A stretch of DNA of 64,000 nucleotides from Sphagnum compactum (lineage: Eukaryota), in assembly GCA_965153455.1 (NCBI GenBank), contig OZ234493.1, positions 8,174,213 through 8,238,212 on the forward strand, given 5' to 3'. Positions 26,801 to 40,700 of the stretch are shown piece after piece. The notes beneath the pieces are model-generated. The model ran no database searches and was not told the origin of the DNA. It saw only the letters and a program-made list of their open reading frames with translations. Position numbers and translations under genes: made by a program. Positions within the stretch are counted from its first letter, which is position 1. Each line of letters begins with the position of its first letter.

Positions 26801-28159
26801 AATGCATCAACATATATACTTATTCAAGTAATAACTAAAAACATAGAAGGATGTTTTAATTATTTTACTTTTGTATTTAGTTTGTAGCCTAATTTGGGTA
26901 AATTTTCTTGTGGATCATTATGAGTTTGGCTATAACACACAATTGCCAAAGGAAAACATTGATATGGATCTTTGTACAAAAGCAATACGCATGGGATTCT
27001 CTATTAAAAAAGGCTTAAAAGTGAATTTTGGGTTTTTTAGTTGCCAAATTTTCATCTTTAAAAAAAAATTGCCAACTTTTTAATAATTAAGTTTGAATAA
27101 GATAACAAAAAATATAAAAGGATGCTTAATTTATTTTTTTTCATTTTTTTGTTGGTAACCGTATTTGTTTTAATTATTTTGTGGATGATCCCACTTCAAT
27201 TACATTACAAATTTGTGAAAAATAAATAAATATAAGCACATGTTACAATGATGTTTAGTGGTAAGTAAGGCCCATGGATAAGGGTGTTTAAAAGAAGGCA
27301 CCTACTTAAGGTAATAACTGAAAGCATGCAAAACATTGTAATAACACCCACATTTAAGGGTCTTACCATGCGTAATGACATATCAACCTTTGTTTTCCAT
27401 ATTTAACAACAAGGTCTTATTCATTGTGTAAAGAAGTACAAATCATTAGTAATCCTTCTATATTTTTGCCCACTTCACAATCTTTTATTTTCTTTTCAAC
27501 TTTGTGACGTAGCCAAAATTGGTTATAGATCAAATATGAAAACTTTGAAAACTTCTTAATATTTTGACTACTTGTAGAAATTTGATGATTTCAAATTTTA
27601 AAAAATAAAATTTAACAAATCATGGCTATTTTCTTTCATAAAATCCTTTTTGTTTGTTGAATCCTATTTTCAAGCTAAAAGAATGATTTTTTTTGCCCAA
27701 AATAAAACATTGGTCTATGTAATGAAACCAATCATAAAAATTTGATCATTTTGCCCATTTTTTCCCCTAACTACTTATAATAATTGAAACCCCCAAAAAT
27801 AGTTTCATTTTTCATTTTGCCTTTTTGGTGAAATTTTGCTAGTAAAACAAGCTTCAAGCATTACCTCCTTCACACCTTCCCCTCAAAGCCCAATGGAATA
27901 GTGAAAAATATATTACTATTAGTGGTAATTTGTGATATTGAATATTCTCATGACTAAGGGTCTCCTCATCATTGGTTTGGAGAAAGGTTTTTTTATCAAT
28001 GTTAGTTTCAATCATTTTTTCCATTTTTCACCTGAAAAATTTATTTCAACACCTAAAAGTGATTTCATGAAAAAATGGTCTTAATTGGCCAAATTTTGAG
28101 GAAAAAAATTGAAATCGCTTGAAAGGTTTTTTTTTTTTTTTTTCTTTTCATATTTATTT

Positions 28160-28179
28160 TATAGCCAAATTTGGCTATA
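28160..28179. repeat. Palindromic core (TATAGCCAAATTTGGCTATA) of a dispersed short repeat family
   Basis: Perfect 20-bp palindrome; diverged copies near 1590, 26885, 27510 and 39250, several followed by GGATGAT..CCA. Confidence 0.65.
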
Positions 28180-31100
28180 TTTTTTGAGCATTCATCAAAT
28201 TGGCTACATCAGAAATTTGAATTTAAAAAAAAACCTTGATTTAGATAGAAATATATACAAGTTATTAAATATTTGTATTTCACATTAGCTTAAAATCAAA
28301 TGGCTACATCTTCCTGAAGATGATTGCCATATTTTTTCCATTTTTTGATGGATGTTTGCCACATAGGCTACAAAATTAAAAAGTTTCGTAAAAAAACATT
28401 GATCCTAATCCCTAATTATTGGAATATTTTTGTGGCATTGGTTAATAGCTTAGGTTTTTGGTGAATATTCATTAAAAGCCTAAGGTTTTATCCCTTGCCA
28501 TGAAAATATTTAAAAACCTTGGGCTCCCATGAACTTGGCCATGAAAATTTCACGTGGCCAATGATAAAATAGTTTGAACTTTAATGAACATTTTTCATAA
28601 CCAAAACTTGTGGACATTTGTAAATGTTTGTGAAAAAAATTGTCATTAGGGCCTTTGATTATAAAGAACATTCATAGAAGTTGTCATGGGCATAAACAAC
28701 AAAAAAAGTTTTTAGAAGTTTTCATAAATATCCTCGAAAAATGTACTTAAAATATTTTCAAAAGATCCTTGGGAAATATGTATGAAGGTTTTCAAAAGTT
28801 TTAAAAAAAAATCCATAAGAAATGTGCTTAAAGTTTTCTAAATGTTTTCAAAAATATCCTTGAAAAACATGTTTAAAAGTTTTTAAAAGATGTAAAATTA
28901 GCAAAAGCTTCTAATTTTTTTGGTAATTTTTTTGATAGAAGCTTGTAGAAGATGTAATTAAAAAGAATTTATTTTTAAAAATAGTTGGTATAAGATTATT
29001 AAAAATGTGGTTGGCATAATGTTTTGAAAAGTTATTTAATAGAAATTTATAAAAAATTTACTTAATGATTTTTTAAAAAAAAGATTCATGATCTTTTAGA
29101 ATGTTTCATTGAATAATATAGAAAAAGGCCCAAAAGGCACCACCCTTCAATCTTGGCAATGCAAGTTGTGCCCTTACACTTTTTATCCATCTCATAAACC
29201 ATACCATGGTTTAGGTGTGGTGTTCAACACCAAGAAATGGTCATTGTTGGCGAATTTGATCATATAAATGGATATGTTTACCAATTTGGAAATGTCCACA
29301 ATAGCAAATGTGGTTGTTATTTGGATTCATATGTATCAAGTGGAATTAATTATGTTTTATGCATATCATTTGAAACTTAATAGATCGAGACCTCACTATA
29401 AAATGATGGTAAGATTGTAAAAAAAACTTACAACCTACAGGGATGATGTGAGAAATTTTTTATTCAAATATTAAAAGACAAATTTTGTTGATAATATGTT
29501 TGGACTTTTGGATTTTGATTCAAATGAAATTCAACTTCCTTTGTGCACATGAGGGTGCAAATACGTAGATAAGAGCCAACGGGATTATTTTACAAAAAGA
29601 CTATGAATATTTTAAAGTTTTTTTTCACTTTTTCATACGAATGAATTTTTGAATGAATTCTTTTGCAACGTTATTAAAAATACATATAGGGACCCCCATA
29701 GATCACATGTTTTGTGTAAATCATTGTTGAATAACTTATGAATTTTTCAAAATGTTTAAATTTTGCTAGATTCTACATTTCATTTTGAAAATTTATCATA
29801 ATTTTGAATCATACCAAAATAATCTAATCATTTTAGGCTTTTGTTTCTTATATCATAAACTACAACTTTGTTTTGTATGTCATGCACATTACACCCCATT
29901 TACATGTGATAAAGGACTTTTAAAGATTTAAAGATTTGAAAAATATTTTGAATTTCTAAAAAAATTAATTCTATATTTTTTAAATTGGGAGTGATTTTAA
30001 AACTTGGGTAATAGGTTACTATCGTCTAAATATTTCTACAATCAAAATTATGTTATTATAATAGTCTGTGATTAGTCATTTGTAAAATTAACCATAATCT
30101 AATGCAACACCTATTTAAGTTCAAACATCCTTTTTAAAAACCAAAACCCAAAATTTAATTTAATGAATTTTTAATTTGAATTCCTCGACATTCATGTTAG
30201 TCATTTAGCACAACTTGGAATGATTAACATAACTTTAAAATGCTAAGAAAAAACATATGTAAAAAAATTCACAGTTTTCATCACTATTCGACATTTTTTT
30301 TGGCTCCAATATTTGTACTCACACCATGAATTAATGGGTATACCAAACAAAAATTCATTACATACATCCCCAAGGAGGCCATTCCTTGTATATTTTAGAA
30401 AGCACTTAAAATAAAATGGTATTTTTTAAATGCCTTGAAATAATGGAATATTTTAGGTATATGTTAGACATATTTAAAATATATTCTTATAATGAATTAT
30501 AGGCGCCCTATTTACTTTTAAGTAATTTATAGTTTTTACTTTTTTTTTCAATAAGTTGCATTTTTATTTTTTGGTACATCATTTGGAATATAATGGAAAT
30601 GATCTCCCTAGGCATGCATCTTTTTTTTATTGGATTGTGTTTATAATTCTCCATTAAACTTGACTTACAAACTAAAAAAGACATAACTAAAGGTTTGCAA
30701 TGTTTATGAAGTTACCTAGTCATGGCAAAGTATAATTCGCTTCAATAATATTATTTAAAACTTATGCAAATTATTCTCACTATGAGGTGACCCCTAATAA
30801 CTCTCAATCATCACATCAACATAATGTGAACAACTACTAAAGGTTATATGGATGTGCATGGCTCATGTGGGCATGGGCTCCAAACTATGAGCAATAAAGT
30901 AGTCACTGAGTGGTTGTTAATGATATCTAGAAATACTTTAATGTGTTAGTCTTTGATTGATGTACCTAAACAATAAATAACATAAATAGTTGAAAGCATG
31001 AACACATATTATCAAAATGAATCACACAATGTCTAAATCATACATCTACCTCATGAAGCAAAATGTGTAGTGAAAAATCTTGATGAACAACATAAGGGTG

Positions 31101-32410
31101 AAGATATGTACATTTGATTAAAACTTCAAATGAACTAAAGACACTTTTGGGTATTTGATTATAACCACATACATTATAATTTGTCAACAAATTTAAACAT
31201 GGTCTCCTACATGCTCTTGAACAATAGCAACTTCTAAGCATTTTTAATAGTTTTCATGTTTTCCATTAGCTTTTGTCCACCTTTTAGGTTTTTGCAAGCA
31301 CCCATTTAGTATATTATCGTTTATTTTCTTCTCTTTGGAACCTATGAAGGATGATTCAAGTTTTAACCTCTTCAAGTTTCATTCTTTTTGGAAAGTCTTC
31401 ATTAAAGGAGACAATAGTTTAAACGTTTTTGTGCTTATGAACATTCCCATGAACATGTGAAGCCATATTAGGGTGGTCAAATGTGTACCCATCAACCAAT
31501 AAATACCATTCACATGTCTTGGATCTCTTGTTTCTTGAAGTAGCATTGACATTGAACAACTTTATCAAAATTTGGTGCAATTTTTATCGATCAAAACTTT
31601 AAAATTTTGACAATTTGTTGCTAATTTTGTGTACAACTTATTTTAATTATCAATACATGTAGATGAATTTTGTGAAAGTGAAACGAAAAATTAAAGAAAA
31701 CAAAACCATCACATTCATGAAACTTGCGCCATACCTTGTTTTGGTGGAGAGGAAAAAAAATTGTGTAGCTCACCAAGTAATAAGATGAAATGCACTATCC
31801 AATGCTCCTTCAACGCCACTCCTTGCTTGATTTTTTCAATATTTCTCTAAGTAGAAGATTCCAAATTCAACTTTGCTTCAATTTTCTTGTCGGGTTTCTA
31901 TTGTTTCAAGGTGAAAAAAGATGAGTTTGTGGTGGTGGCAACAAGTTTGCATTTATGTTGAGTTTTTTTTTGCCTTGAGGTGATGCCATGGGAAGCCCTT
32001 GTTAGAAAGGCTACATGTTTGCTACAAAATTAATATAATTACCTTGAAACCAAAGGGAGGTGAATATTGTAAATGGTGGCAATGGAATCTAATGCATATG
32101 TGGAAGTGGTAGAAAATAGTGCATTGCATTGACATTTTACTCTACAATCTCACTAGTTTTTACAAGGTTCTCCATCACTTTGTACAACCAAAAAATTAAA
32201 AATTAAAAATAAATAAATAACTAAATAAATAAATAAATAATTTAATTATTTTTTTCACAGAGCAACCATTACGTAGTGTAAAACTAGGGTTGAAAAAAAA
32301 TTCACATGTTAAGCATAGATCCACATGTAAAGTGCCTTTTTGTTTGAGGACACGAGGAGTCACCTTCTTCTTCTTCCAGTTCCCGAAAAAATAACCACCA
32401 GCTGGGCCTT

Positions 32411-32552
32411 ACCTAGAAACTCCCCTAATGAATGAACAACGAACGAATGAATGTCCGCACCTAGAAACTCCCCTAATGAATGAATGAATGAATGAACGTC
32501 CTCACCTAAAACTACCCTAATGAATGAATGTCCCCTAATGAATGAATGAATG
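32411..32552. repeat. Tandem repeat of about 46 bp (ACCTAGAAACTCCCCTA + (ATGA)n), 3 copies plus a partial
   Basis: Copies start at about 32411, 32459, 32504 and 32531. Confidence 0.88.
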
Positions 32553-35307
32553 AGAGGCACACGATGAAAAAACTTGCAAAAGAAATTTTTTGAAAAAGGA
32601 AAAGAAAAATTCTAGAAAGAAAAACATTTTAGCCATGTTGATTGATGGCTACCGCAAACTCTTTTGGATAGGGAAGTAGGTAGGTGGGTGTGTGGGCGTG
32701 TTTTTTTTTTTTCCTTTTGGTTTTGTGTCATCTGCAAAACTATTTAACCAAATTTAATTTTTAATTTTTTTAATGGAATTTAATTACAAGCTAAATATGA
32801 AAAAAAATAAAAATAAAATCCTTCTATTATTTTTTCTGCCTACCTACTTGAACCATGTTTAGGAATTTGGAGATTTTTTTTCTTAAATATTTTGTCGAAT
32901 TATAGCTATTGAAAATCTCAAAAAGCGCATGAATTTAGCACTTTTAATTTGTAATATAGAATTCTGGCTATATATATATGTATAGCCAGAGGAAAAAAAA
33001 GGCGGGTTCGCGGGTTCTTCTCTTTCCTCGCCGTCACGCCGTCAAGAACATTCTCGAGGATCGAGATCGTAACTAATAAAAGGAATTGGACAACATCGGT
33101 TTCCCGTTTTGTTCGTTCGCTTCTCTCGTCTGCAGCGGCTCTCTCTCTCTCTCGCGCGTGTCTCGACTTCTTCGAGGACTTCGTTTCCGTGCGGTTGTTA
33201 AAAGGTTCCAAAACTTGCTATTCTGTCTGTCATCGTTCCCACCGGAGTTTTTCTTTTGTATCGCCATTTCATCATAGTTTTTCAGTTTCTTGTAGTTATA
33301 GAAGTTTGTTTGTATGTATGTTTGTTTGTTTGTTGGTCGGAGTTTGTTTCGCCAATTCGGAGCTTTGCAGTTTCTTGTAGTTCTCGGGGTTTGTTTGTAG
33401 ACCACGACTGTCTGTTTGTGTTTTACAGAAAAGATTTAGTTGCGAGGGCTTTGTTGTTGTTGTTGTTGTTGTTGGTCCGTTAAGCTTTGTTTGGAAGCGC
33501 GGGAGAAGATATGACTATGATTTCGTTGGTGTTCTGTCGTTGCCGCCGTCGCTCCAGTAGCTTCTAGAAGCAAAGCTTTCCACTAAAGGAGGAGTTCGCA
33601 ATTGCAGGAGACGATTCAGGTTTGTATGCTGCGCCCTCTCGTATCCTATTTTGGTCGGTTGCTATGCGTGTCTCTTGCTCTTGCAATTGTTGTTAATGTA
33701 AAGATTCATGCCCTCCGCTGTTTTTATTTTCTTTCTCTTGGTGCGCTTTCTCCGGCGGCCGTAGTCGCACTTCTGCAGTCTGAGTTTTCTAAAGTCTGTA
33801 GTCGTCGTCGTTCTTGTTGTTTCCGCGTGCTGGAGGTAAAGAGTTTGTTTGGTTGTTTGTTTCCAACTTTTCTTTGGTAGTTTCTTCTTCTTTTTTAAGT
33901 TTTTTTTTCTGGTTGTTGCCGTACGCAGTAGGGTCGAGCTTTTGTTTGGATTTTCTTTCACTCCCGCCCCTCAGTACTGCAATCTTCTCTTTGAAAGTTC
34001 TGAGGGTTTTGCAAAGGGTTTTAGGCAGTTCTTTTGTACATTGTTTCTTCTCTCTCCTGAGAGACTTGCATCTTGGTTGAGTAGGAGCTGTGATTGCAAC
34101 ATACACTTAGTGATTGTATTGTGAGAGCTTCTGGTCGCTTTGGCAGTTCCTGAGGAGAATCTTTGTAGTGTTTTCTGCAACACCTCTTGGAATGCAGGTG
34201 GCTCTTTGGAGTTTTGAGAATATGAAAGCTCGAACAACTGCCTGTTCATGTACCTCAGCCAGCTGAGATGACACAGGACACTAGGAGCTTGGAAATGCAG
34301 CAGGAGTAGAGTTATGTTGCTACAGATCACAATAGTTGGTGTGTTACTTGTGATTGATTGAGACATGGAAGATTCTCAAAAAGGTTATGCTGATGATCTG
34401 ATGCCTTTTGGAATTGTCATATTGTGATGCAGGAAAACCAAGAAGGTGTTTTCATTCCTAGCATTCCTTTGGAGACGTCTGTTGCTACAATCACAGAGAT
34501 ACAGCAACAGGTACACTCCTTGGAATCTCTTTTGCCATTATGGGCTAACAATGCGTGACGAGCTTAATCTTCAGCAATAGTAACTTTGCATTGTGATCCT
34601 ACATGTTTTCCAATCCTGAAATTTGTACCTTCCAGACCTTCGCATGCAATTGGAGTGTGTGAGGATTATATGTAGCAATTTTCAGGTGATCAGTTTTAGC
34701 AGTATTGCGTGCAGAGAGAGTAACTGCAGGTGTGCCATCTCCCTGTGACAGCAGCTCTAGCAAATTCTGTAGTTATGAGGAATTCTGTTGAAGGGCTTAA
34801 GTTCTATTTGGTCCTCTTTCTAACCCTGAACAGGCTGTAGTGTGAAAGCATGAGATTCAGAGAGATTGATTGAAGGAATGCAGCAGAAAGCAGAGTGTTT
34901 CTGCTGAGTTTCATATGTTTTGAAGTTGTGCTATTCCAGTTGTTACAAAGGGTTTTACTGCAATCCTTTGGGCTTCAGTTGGTACAAAGTGCCAGATATC
35001 ATGGGTAAGTTGAGGCAAAGATTTTCTGGATTAGTAGTAAGGCCTCATTCTGCCATTGGCCGCAAGATTGAGAAGCTCATGTCAATGAGTCTCCATGGGA
35101 CAATGATTAGGTGACTAACTTACATATTTCCTGGTGCAGCATTATTTCAGACATCCAGGGTATGCAATCCAGTCGAGAACAGTGCATTATCGGAGTTCAA
35201 TTGATGTGTGCATCAATGCATTGAGTGAGCAAAGCTGTTTGGTATCAGGACTGTCAACAAACCTATTGAAGCAGCACCCAGGTGTGTCAGTGCAGGCTGT
35301 TGCAGAC

Positions 35308-37739
35308 ATGGCTCCAGGTTTGAGTGACTGGTTATCAGAAGGACACAGTGCAAGCACTGGGCAACTCTCCTTGAAGAGAGAACATGATGAGTTTGTGGAG
35401 CAAGAAATTGACTTGAAACGACCAAAATTAGATCCGAGGGATTCAGGTTGCATGCTGGGCCAATATTGTGAAGGGAAAGGCATGGAAAGCTTCTCTACAA
35501 ATGCAAATTTTCCTGACAACTGTACAGATCTTACAGGGCTTCTAGAAGCATTATCAGAGGAGCCAGGGAGCCCAATATGTCTGGAGCTTGATGATGTCGA
35601 CATGTATGACCCACATTCAGAGCAGGGCATGGAGCAGCCCTCTGAAGCCAAGTTCTGGAGAGAGGGAGGTTCCTCAAGTTGTGTGATAGTATTGGACTCT
35701 GACAGTGAAGATGATAAGAGCACTGTTCAAGAGAGGTGCTCAAAAGATTCTGATGCAGAGGTGGTTGCTGTTATGGGATCACACAACAATTTTTGTGATG
35801 GTCCACTGGCATTGGAGTGGAAAAAGGTGGAGTGTGGTGTGACTGAAGACAGTATGAGAGTACTGTCAGTTGATGATGATGGAGATGAGGAAGGAGAGTA
35901 CACAGCCTCCAGGAGGTTCCAACATCCTTCTCCTGTGCCTTCTGCAACCATGCCTGGACACCTCCAGGACACAGGAGCACCTTGCAGGCCATCTCAGGCC
36001 ATGAGGAATGCCCATGGAGCTGCAAATAGAAGAAATAAAGGGACAAAACATGCGAAGCACCAAGGGAAGAGCCGCTTGGCAAAAATGCGAGAAAAATTCA
36101 ATGTTGCTCAACGATCGCTGATGATTTCAGCAGCGTCATTGAAGAGTAAGTAATTTGCTCAAATACACACCATTTGAATCTAGAAGTATAAGCTTGGCAT
36201 AACAGTTAGGGCATGAAAAGAAGCTCTAGAAATTGAGTGCATGAATTCTTACTTGCATTGTACAACCCTAAAGTCCAGGGGCTTGTTTTTGTTGAAGCTA
36301 AGAAGTGGGTTTTTTGGGGTGAAGGTGGGTTTTCAGTTCCTAGGAAACCTCGTAGCCCACAGACTAAGATGCCAAGAGATGATGCCTTGTCATCTGCAAG
36401 GAAACCCAGTTATGCAGGACAGCCAAGGCAACCAGCTGCAGGTCTCTCCCTACAGTTGGTACCCATCAAGAATGACATCAATGGGAAGAGTTTTTTTTGG
36501 TTTTTTGTAGGGAACTTAATCCATGGAGATGTGGCCATTAACCTTTTCATTTTGGAAGTCTTTTGCTGGGTGTAGATTATGGGTGTTGATGTTTCATTTG
36601 TTGAAAAGTTTCCATGTGTCCTGGAAACAGTTTTACTTTGATCTGTATGGAGTCTCTTGATGCCATTAGAGGGAGTGCATGTGTGAAGTTTCTTTTCTGT
36701 AGGTGAATATTGTTGAAGACAATGAAGCACTTCTGATGACAATCTTAAGTTTCTGCCAGAATGCCATCAGTGTCAAATGCCTTCTGGCAGAGACTTATCT
36801 AAACTGATCCTTGTGTTTTGGTAGGATTTTTATGTGGCTGACAGTTTTCCTTGACTTGAAATTCACTCAAGATTGTTCTGAATGGTTTTAGGTTATATGC
36901 TGTGTGCAGACAATACCATGAGCACGGCGAGAGACAAAGTGTTGAGCACCTTGAGGTTGTATGCTGAACATTTTCAGCAATCCAAATGTGATGAATTTCA
37001 CAGTCGGCCTAAGTTCATCACGCACAAGTCTCCAGGGGATCCTCTGGAGTCTTCAACCTTGGTGCCCCGCTTTCGGGCTGATATAGAAGCATACAACAGG
37101 GTGAAAGCTGTAACAAAGCTTCCACCGCTGATTGTTGGTAAAGTGCCTGGAATAGAGGTTGGAGACATATACAACTATCGGCATGAGATGGCTGTTGTGG
37201 GATTACACCACCTACCCAATGTTGGTATTGCATATGGGCTGGATCCAAAAGAAAAGATTCCTACAGCTACTGCCGTTGTAATCTGTCCAAATGGATTCTA
37301 TGCTGAAAACATTGATGAAGGCCACAAAGTTTTGTATTGTGGACAGGGTGGGAGATTGGATCGGGCACAATCTTCACGAATCACAGAGGACCAGAAATTT
37401 GAGAAGGGAAACAAGGCCTTGTGCCTAAACTATGAGCGCAAGCTGCCAGTGCGCTTAATCCGAGCTCATAGTTATGTACGGGGGTCCAGCACCAAAGCAA
37501 AAGTGTTAGGATATACCTATGATGGGCTGTATAAGATTGTTCACAAGGAGCATACTTTGTCCGCTAAGAGTGGTACACTGGTTTACAAATTTGCGTTAGC
37601 TAGGATGCAGGATCAGCCTCCGATCCCTCCTTGTTTAAGCGGTTGTACAGCTCATGCATGGAATCAAGTTCATCCAGCTCCTTTGCAGATCATTGCTCCT
37701 GAGGAGCACATTGAGGTGCAGGAAGACTTGGAGTTGTGA
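35308..37739 (+). CDS. SRA/YDG domain-only protein (no SET, RING or PHD), about 590 aa, 3 coding exons
   Basis: Exons 35308-36145, 36337-36441, 36910-37739 (GT-AG, 1773 nt, in frame). SRA motifs GKVPGIEVGD, VGLH, YCGQGG, DQKFEKGNKAL, PVRLIR, YTYDGLYKI, YKFALAR..DQP. Acidic low-complexity N-half. Start codon and middle exon inferred. CT/GT-rich 5' region from about 33.0 kb suggests UTR introns. Confidence 0.85.
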
Positions 37740-40700
37740 GGGATCTTCAGGGTAGAGCGTTCTCAGAATCGAATCGATCGTGTTGCGGGAATTCTGATGT
37801 AGATAGTTGTAATCTTGAGGAAGTAGTTGGATGGAACCCACAGGGTAGTAGTAGATAGGTGGTTTTTTGGAAAATCCTGATCAAAGGGATGAAGAGGATA
37901 TTTAGGAAATTTTGGTGTGTTGACCACGTGGAGCTGGAAGGCGGGGGAAAAAAAAAACACTTCTTTCTTTTTTAACGCTACGGCAGTGATGTAAAACAAC
38001 ATTGAGTGCTATTGAAGTGTTAACAAAACACCTGGAGTATCATAATCTTTCCTCCATTTTGGTTCTTATGTTTGCTTTCTGGGACTCAAATGTTTTGTGA
38101 GAAACATTTCAGAATCTTTCTTCCATTTTTGTTTTTTGATTTTTGCTTCTGACATTTAACAACAACGGTTGGTTTCTGTAGACATGAGAAAGGAATATGC
38201 TCAATTATATCATACATATTACTTTTCAGATATCTTTTGAGATCATTGACAGTTGCAACCAACCGTGGTGACTACTCACACATTGGTGGCTAATTTGCAC
38301 CCTTTCATTAAAAGTAAACTATCTTTTGTAGGCAAAAAGAGGTAGCCCCAAAAATCTCTGCCTCAGCAGCAGCAGCCCAAAAACCTCCCAGTCCCTCTGT
38401 TCTCTCATCATCCATCATCTACTTGAGAGCCAAATTCCTATATGTTCTGCTAATAATTGATCTTTGAAAAACACTTTGTATGTTCTAAGCAAGACATCGA
38501 AACACACCCATTCACATAAAAAATGAGATTATTGAAGTATATTGGTATTCAGTGGATTCTTTTGTGCATGAAAATGCAACTTATCTATCTATCTATGTAT
38601 GTAGGATGGTGGTATGAAAGCTTCAAGCAGAATCATCCGACAATGTTCAAATTCATGGTCAACCCATCACAAAGTCCCTAGAGCAAGCACAAACAATAAT
38701 AAGCACGATACTTGGAAAGAACAGATTTAAACTCCAATTCATAAACATCACCCCAGAATCTTAGACCAAAATCTTCACATTCCGATTTACCACTGGAAAC
38801 ATCAGTCCTGTGCCTTCCAGCAACCTTGAAAGTTCCAACAACACAAGCGACATCACTTTAAATTTAAATGCATATTCAGAGTGCAGATCCCAGTTACATA
38901 ATATTATTGCATGGTTATATTCCTCCCATGCAACTACAATTCAATACCAGGTGGCCAACACTAGTCCAGAAACTGCATGAGACAGAATTGCCACAAATCA
39001 GCTGTTGTTGGCCACAGCACCTGTCGAGTAGCTAGACCAAAGGCACCTGCTCAAATTTCCATTTCAAAATTTTTGGCGAAATTGAAATTAAAATTTCCAA
39101 AATGAATTGATTTTGGAGGATTTCAATTGCCAGATGCAAGGAAAAAAAATTGATTAAAATTCATCAGATTTCTACATTTTTGCTTTTTGATGTGTAGCCA
39201 TAAATCTAGAAAGTTGATTAAAGATTTTTATTTCATATCTACTTTATACCCAAATTTGGCTAAATCTTCTTGGGACAAGTTGCCATTTTTTCTACATCTT
39301 CTTCCTATGGATGATTGCCACTTAGGATACATAACAAATTTGTAAAAGAAAACACTGGAGCATCATGTTCTCTCTCATCTCTGTTTCCCCTCAATATTTT
39401 GGATGAAAAGACCATCTGAGTGATGAAGTCATCCAACAAATATAATTTATAATTGATTTCATCCATGATCTGCAGTAGATGTAAATAGATGCCACATGTG
39501 AATTGAGATTGCTGAACTTGATGAGCATGTGCTAAGCCTCCATTGTGTAACCCCCCACTTTTTTCCAAGGAATATGTAAAGGGATGTTGGGCTCATTAAG
39601 AAAGGCCATGACAACACTCAGATGACCTTGGGATGTCCCTTCTAGCAACCTTGATTTCATCAATGAACTTTATTCCATGAAAGTTCAGCTTTTCATACAT
39701 GAAATTTTTTTGTCCATGAAATTTCGTCAATGGAAACTTCAATCCATTCCTCCATTGAAAATTCACTTGAAATGATATTTTTATGAATGTTCATCCATGA
39801 AATTTGGATGACTTTAGATGCAAAATGTATAATAATTGTGAATGAACTACCTACACTTGATAAATGAATTAAAATTATAAATATTATTTTGGGATGAACT
39901 TTTATTTCATCCTAAGATTTCATAAAATTTTCATGGATGAACTTCCATTCCAGTAGGACGGCTTCAAACTCACATCATTCATAAAGATGAATGCAAAGAA
40001 AACTTTTCTTTGAAATTTGAAGTTCGAAATCTTTTCAATTTGCTCTCAATATGTTCAAAAAATAATTCAAAGGGTCATCTGAATTTTGAAAGGACTCTTG
40101 GGAATAATAAACTAATAAATAATAAATAAATTAGGCCTTGGACAGCCCAGAATCAAAAAAAATTTGTGGGCAGCTTTGAAGCTTCATTTGGGCAGTCCAC
40201 AAGGTGAAAGTGGACTTGGTAACTTGACAAAATAGCCAAATAGCAATGTGGAGTTTGCCTACTTGGGAATGGGGGGCCTGGCAATATGGACTGGACAATT
40301 TGGCAATATCCACTTCATAATTTGGCAAACTGGTTGAGTGATTATAAAAAAATAAAAATACGTGGTTTTGATGTATAATCGTGATTATCAAAAAATCAAA
40401 TACTCGATTATTATATATAACCGTGGTTCTCCAAAAAAAAAGCCATTGGGTTGAAAAAAAAAGTCCAAAAATTAACTGCCTTCCAAAACCACTGGGGTCT
40501 TTTGTGGGGTTCTTTCATGAAACCTGACGGTTCTTTGAACTGTTTGAAATACCCAGAACTGACGGTTCTTTGGATTTGGAATTTTTTTCAAATACCCGGA
40601 CCCAACAGTCCTTTCATACTAAATTTTCTCAACTACCTGGAACTGGCGGGCATTACAAAAAATTTCAGATACCCACCCACCCCCGCACTGGCGGTTCTGT

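Noticed and set aside
32918-34366. Numerous overlapping short ORFs
   Set aside because: Low-complexity CT/GT-rich 5' UTR and intron sequence of the SRA gene
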